A stretch of 63,909 nt of DNA, filler included, from Reticulomyxa filosa (lineage: Eukaryota; Protista; Foraminifera): NCBI GenBank assembly GCA_000512085.1. It is 24 parts of 24 records of this genome, joined end to end, with 100 filler letters (N's around TTAATTAATTAA, not from the genome) between each part and the next. Parts side by side here need not be neighbours in the genome. Positions count along the whole stretch, not along the records: positions 60,203 to 61,669 come from ASPP01022089.1; positions 61,770 to 63,909 come from ASPP01015563.1; 22 more parts are not named here. One strand, given 5' to 3'. The notes below the pieces were generated by a model that saw nothing but the letters and a program-made list of their open reading frames with translations, ran no database searches and was not told where the DNA came from. This document shows positions 60,103 through 63,909 of the stretch, piece after piece (the first letter of the stretch is position 1; the number at the start of each line of letters is the position of its first letter). The translations under genes were made by a program, and so were the position numbers.

Positions 60103-61965
60103 NNNNNNNNNNNNNNNNNNNNNNNNNNNNNNNNNNNNNNNNNNNNTTAATTAATTAANNNNNNNNNNNNNNNNNNNNNNNNNNNNNNNNNNNNNNNNNN
60201 NNTTTCATATTCTTTTTCCACACATTTTCAAATGTCACTTCTTCATACCCTCGGAGTTCTGCCAAACACAAAAGACGGGTATTTGCCTCGAGAATGCCAA
60301 TTTCCCGAAAGCGTCGAACACTCTTAAGGCTAAACAAGGACCGATACCCTCTCACACAAGTCGCCCGTTGCCAGTAAAAGAGTTACTATCTCAGTTACCA
60401 GGAATTTGCATTACGGTACACTTAAAGCAACTTAGGAAATATTGCCAAAGCAAATTTTAAAGTAATTTATTGCTTCAATGTTGAAGCATGAATGTTGTTA
60501 CTTTTTGTAACGTATTGTTGCCAAAGGGTAACAAAATGGTTTACAGTCACACTCCAGCCACAATCTCACAAAATCCAACTACTATAAAAAATCTTTATAT
60601 CACTAAAAAAAAATTTTACCACTCATAAGAGACGATTGAAAAGGATACAAAGAACTGCAATGTGTAGAATTCTTGGTGTAATGAATCAGACTGCTTATAA
60701 CACAGTCAATGTCATTTCACAACTTCCTCATCTTGAATTTTGACGAAGACAAGAAGAGGGGAAGTTATATCACAAGTGCATCAGATGGTCATGTCGGTTA
60801 TAATCTTGTGTTGGGGATGCGCCAATGAAGCTGCTGACAGTTGAACCGTACCTAATCCCAAATGATGCGGATTGCGATGATGCCACAGTCAAATAAATCA
60901 ACTTGCAATCTTCAATGAACCAACATCGATGAAATTTTGTCATCGTTGGATTTTGATTGCACTATGATATTTGTGATGGAAGTACATTCCTAAATCCAGG
61001 ACTTGTCATTCAGGATCCATAGTTAACACATTGGAATATTAATATTTACCCCCTCTATCATTAATATTAACTTTTCTTAAAAAGTTGTATTTTGAAAGAG
61101 ATTGTGTTTTTTTTTAGCAAGAATAAGATCTTATCCAAGTTAAAATGAGCATCTCGTCCCAAAAGGAACACAGCACTGGTCAGAGAGAATTACAGGAACA
61201 ATGCTAATGTTCAACCAATCATTGTTTTCGAAGTGTTGAAGTCTCAGGGAAATATTGAGATTCAATTCGCCTCTTTTAACAAATTAAAGCAAGCTAAACA
61301 AAAAATAAAATTTAAACACTTATTATTAAAGAAAGCATGTGAATATTGTTGATATTGCCATTTCGGCCTATTTAATAGAAAAGTTACTAGCTTTTGTTCG
61401 ACATTCTTTCTTGTTAATATTACTTTGTTTCGACTGTTCATTTCGGGTTTTAGTTTATTATCTTGTGTATATATGATCTCGTGCAAAATCGCAATATCAG
61501 ATATCTGACTATCAGGATTAAAAAAAAAAATTTTACTGATTAAAAAAAATTTCATTTTTTAGTAGTTTGAAAGTATTTTCTTTGTATATTTGTCTTTGTT
61601 TCTGTTTTCGCCACGATCTTGTTGACTCTTAAGTTTTGAAGGAGATTTTGAAAGTAAATTAAAGTATTTNNNNNNNNNNNNNNNNNNNNNNNNNNNNNNN
61701 NNNNNNNNNNNNNTTAATTAATTAANNNNNNNNNNNNNNNNNNNNNNNNNNNNNNNNNNNNNNNNNNNNTTCTTCTTCTTCTTCTTCGTTGTCTGCTTCA
61801 TTTAGTTTCATTTGGATGGGTTGATGACGTGTCGTCTTTTTTTTTTTTTTTTAAATTCCCCCCCCCCAATAATTAAAAAAAAAATTGAATTGTATACGTA
61901 TATCAAACGTGCAAACAACAACAACAACAACAACAGCATTTAAAAAAAAAAACTCAAGTTCACTT

Positions 61966-63148
61966 TTAAACTTTGTTATCGTGCTCTTTTTTGTCATTGT
62001 CGTGGTCATGGTCTTTATGACTGTCTTCTTCTTTGTGAATGGCAATGCCTTTCTCAGTCAAAAACTTGTTGTCGTCATCCACTTGGATGTTGATGACAAC
62101 AGACTTTGGGGTGTCGTTGGTTTCCGCTCTTTCGTTGTCATGATCCACATCGCTTCCTTTGCGCTTCTCTTTTCCATTTGCATGTTCAGTCCGCATGAAT
62201 TTGAATTGCACCTCTTTGATTTGTGTTCTTGTGTCCTTTGTCTTGGTTTTAGTTTTGGTTTTGGTTTTCTTTGTCTTTGCCTTTACCTTTGTCTTGGTCT
62301 TCTTCTTCTCGGTTTCGCGAAGTTTGTTCACAGCAGAGACGGACGGTGACCCAACGGAAGTGCGATAATACGTGATATTTGACAATGAACGAGAAGCAGG
62401 AGGTACAACAGTTACACGCTCTTCTTCTTCTTCTTCTTCTTCTTCTTCTTCTTCTTCTAATTCGTCTACTTCATCCACCTCATTTTCTTCTTCTTCTTCT
62501 TCTTCTTCTTCTCCTTCACTTCTTCCTTCATCTTTGTTACCATGTCCATGGCCGTGTCTATGTCTATGTCGACGTCTGCCCTCTCTATCGACCACTGCTG
62601 TGGACGAGTCATCCAACAGTGTCTCCGAGCTCTGCGTTCTGTGCATTACCGCGTGTTTCCACGCAGCGCGACGCGGAGGCGCAGAGCTCACGCGCGGCGG
62701 CAACAAGGCTGACGCATCATTTTCGACAGAAGCGAGAGGAGAAACGGATTCTCCATTTATGCCTCCTGCTGTCGTTGTTATTGTTGCTGTTGCTACTGAT
62801 GTGAAAGGTAAATAGGATGACGGCAATGGCTGCTTTCCAACTTCATCCACGTGAACGCGGGAAAGCGGTGGAGACAAGTGCGAATTGGCGTGGTCAAAGT
62901 GCAACAGTTCGGGCACCGCTTTGCCGTGACTGCTGTGTTCCAAACTAAAAATGCGTTCCAAGTTTTTTTGGCGATCCACGCGGACTTTTTTATATGATAT
63001 GTTTTGTTTCAAATGACTCAAGTATATCAAACTACCGTGGATCAAGTCTAGCTCATGTAACGTTTTTCGAACGTCGGTTAATAATTTCTCCTAGTTTATT
63101 ATATAATACATATATGCATATATAAATACATAAATAATATATATAATA

Positions 63149-63181
<33 letters not shown>

Positions 63182-63790
63182 GAATTGATGTGATTACACA
63201 AAACTGTCTTGGCTGTCTTGACTTGTATAAATTTGGAAAAGTGCTCTTTTTCAAAGGTATCAGGGATCAATGTGACTTGCAGATTGTCCACTTCCAAGTG
63301 GTAGTGTTGAGATAGCCTCTCTTTCAACACTTGCAAGCTCCAATTGCGATCTGCATAGAACACATGGACCATCCCTCGCTTATTGATATTGATATTGCCT
63401 TCGTGCGCATCGTCGTTGTCGTTGTCGTCGTCGACGTCGACGTCCATCTGACTGGAGTGTTGTCGAGTAATGTGTTTGTGGTCTTCATCATGTGAGTTGT
63501 GTAAGTCATGTGAGACGTAATCGTCATCATGCTCATGATCGTGATCATAATCATAGTCATGATCATACTCGTGGTTGTGCTCATGACCGTGTGCATGTTC
63601 GCTCTCATGTTTATGTCCACGATGGTCATGGCTAGAGTGGTGATGATGGCTATCCTCCATTTCCTTTTCTTCATCATCGTCGTCCCATTTGATTACCACT
63701 CGTATCAAGATTTCGGACAGGAGGCCTTCTCTGGCCAGTTGCGACAAAATCATTGACCGTTTCAATCGTGTGGCCGAGTTTATGGTCAAA
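61966..63790 (-). CDS. Low-complexity (His/Asp-, Glu- and KT-rich) protein with a probable ubiquitin-like domain; partial
   Basis: Intron 63204-63091 joins ..VFYADRNWSLQVLKERLSQHYHLEVDNLQV..KTAKT to EKLLTDVRKTLHELDLIHGSLIYL (Ubl-like pattern); long acidic and His tracts. Confidence 0.6.
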
Positions 63791-63909
63791 CTTTTGCTTG
63801 TCTATTGATTCGTTCCATTGTATATTAATTCAAAAAAAAAAAAAAAAAGGGTATAACCCCCCTCGCCCCCCCTTTCTCTCCATCTATCTTTTCCTCTCAT
63901 TTAAAAATA

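Noticed and set aside
58932-60150. Additional overlapping ORFs in the bacterial contig
   Set aside because: High-GC shadow frames of four well-supported genes.
57423-61669. Horizontal transfer of the parA/toxin-antitoxin cassette into the eukaryote next to a TRAF gene
   Set aside because: The bacterial contig is bounded by artificial linkers on both sides; no physical linkage is shown.
1320-61769. Regularly recurring TTAATTAATTAA flanked by N runs as a CRISPR-like or biological repeat
   Set aside because: Identical 100-bp synthetic linker with six-frame stops; ORFs ending in X...LIN or X...N are artefacts of it.
61885-62815. Plus-strand poly-Ser, poly-Leu and hydrophobic ORFs
   Set aside because: Antisense shadows of the (GAA)n Glu tract and KT repeats of the minus-strand gene.

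Overview
This is not one locus. It is 24 unrelated short contigs (about 1-9 kb) joined by 23 identical artificial 100-bp linkers (N44-TTAATTAATTAA-N44), so adjacency across a linker means nothing. Most contigs are AT-rich, intron-containing eukaryotic DNA. The expanded WD40, TRAF-type zinc finger, kelch, PUB-like and CAP-Gly families, many of them decayed, suggest a foraminiferan such as Reticulomyxa filosa (inference from family recognition, not a search). Recognisable host genes: a secreted GH18 chitinase, a CD225/dispanin protein, a lid-less divergent Hsp70, a permuted NlpC/P60-like protein, a TRP-type channel, a Tudor/MBT-like + USP deubiquitinase, an HPS5-like C-terminus, a tandem-CCCH RS-rich protein, a kelch protein, a bacterial-type TrpRS and a variant RING-H2 ligase. 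Mobile DNA includes Tc1 (DD34E) relics and a TGT...ACA inverted-repeat element nested in a larger foldback. Two contigs look foreign. (i) 40242-42034 is a compact, intronless, co-oriented, partly decayed virus-like gene cluster with a repeat fibre-like protein and a shared upstream motif; it is the best candidate for something undescribed. (ii) 58563-60102 is a high-GC bacterial plasmid cassette (RHH antitoxin, ParE/RelE toxin, ParA, RHH partner) with two 8-bp-phased centromere-like arrays. Many single-base frameshifts fall in homopolymer runs and are probably sequencing errors. All family assignments come from manual translation and remembered motifs.
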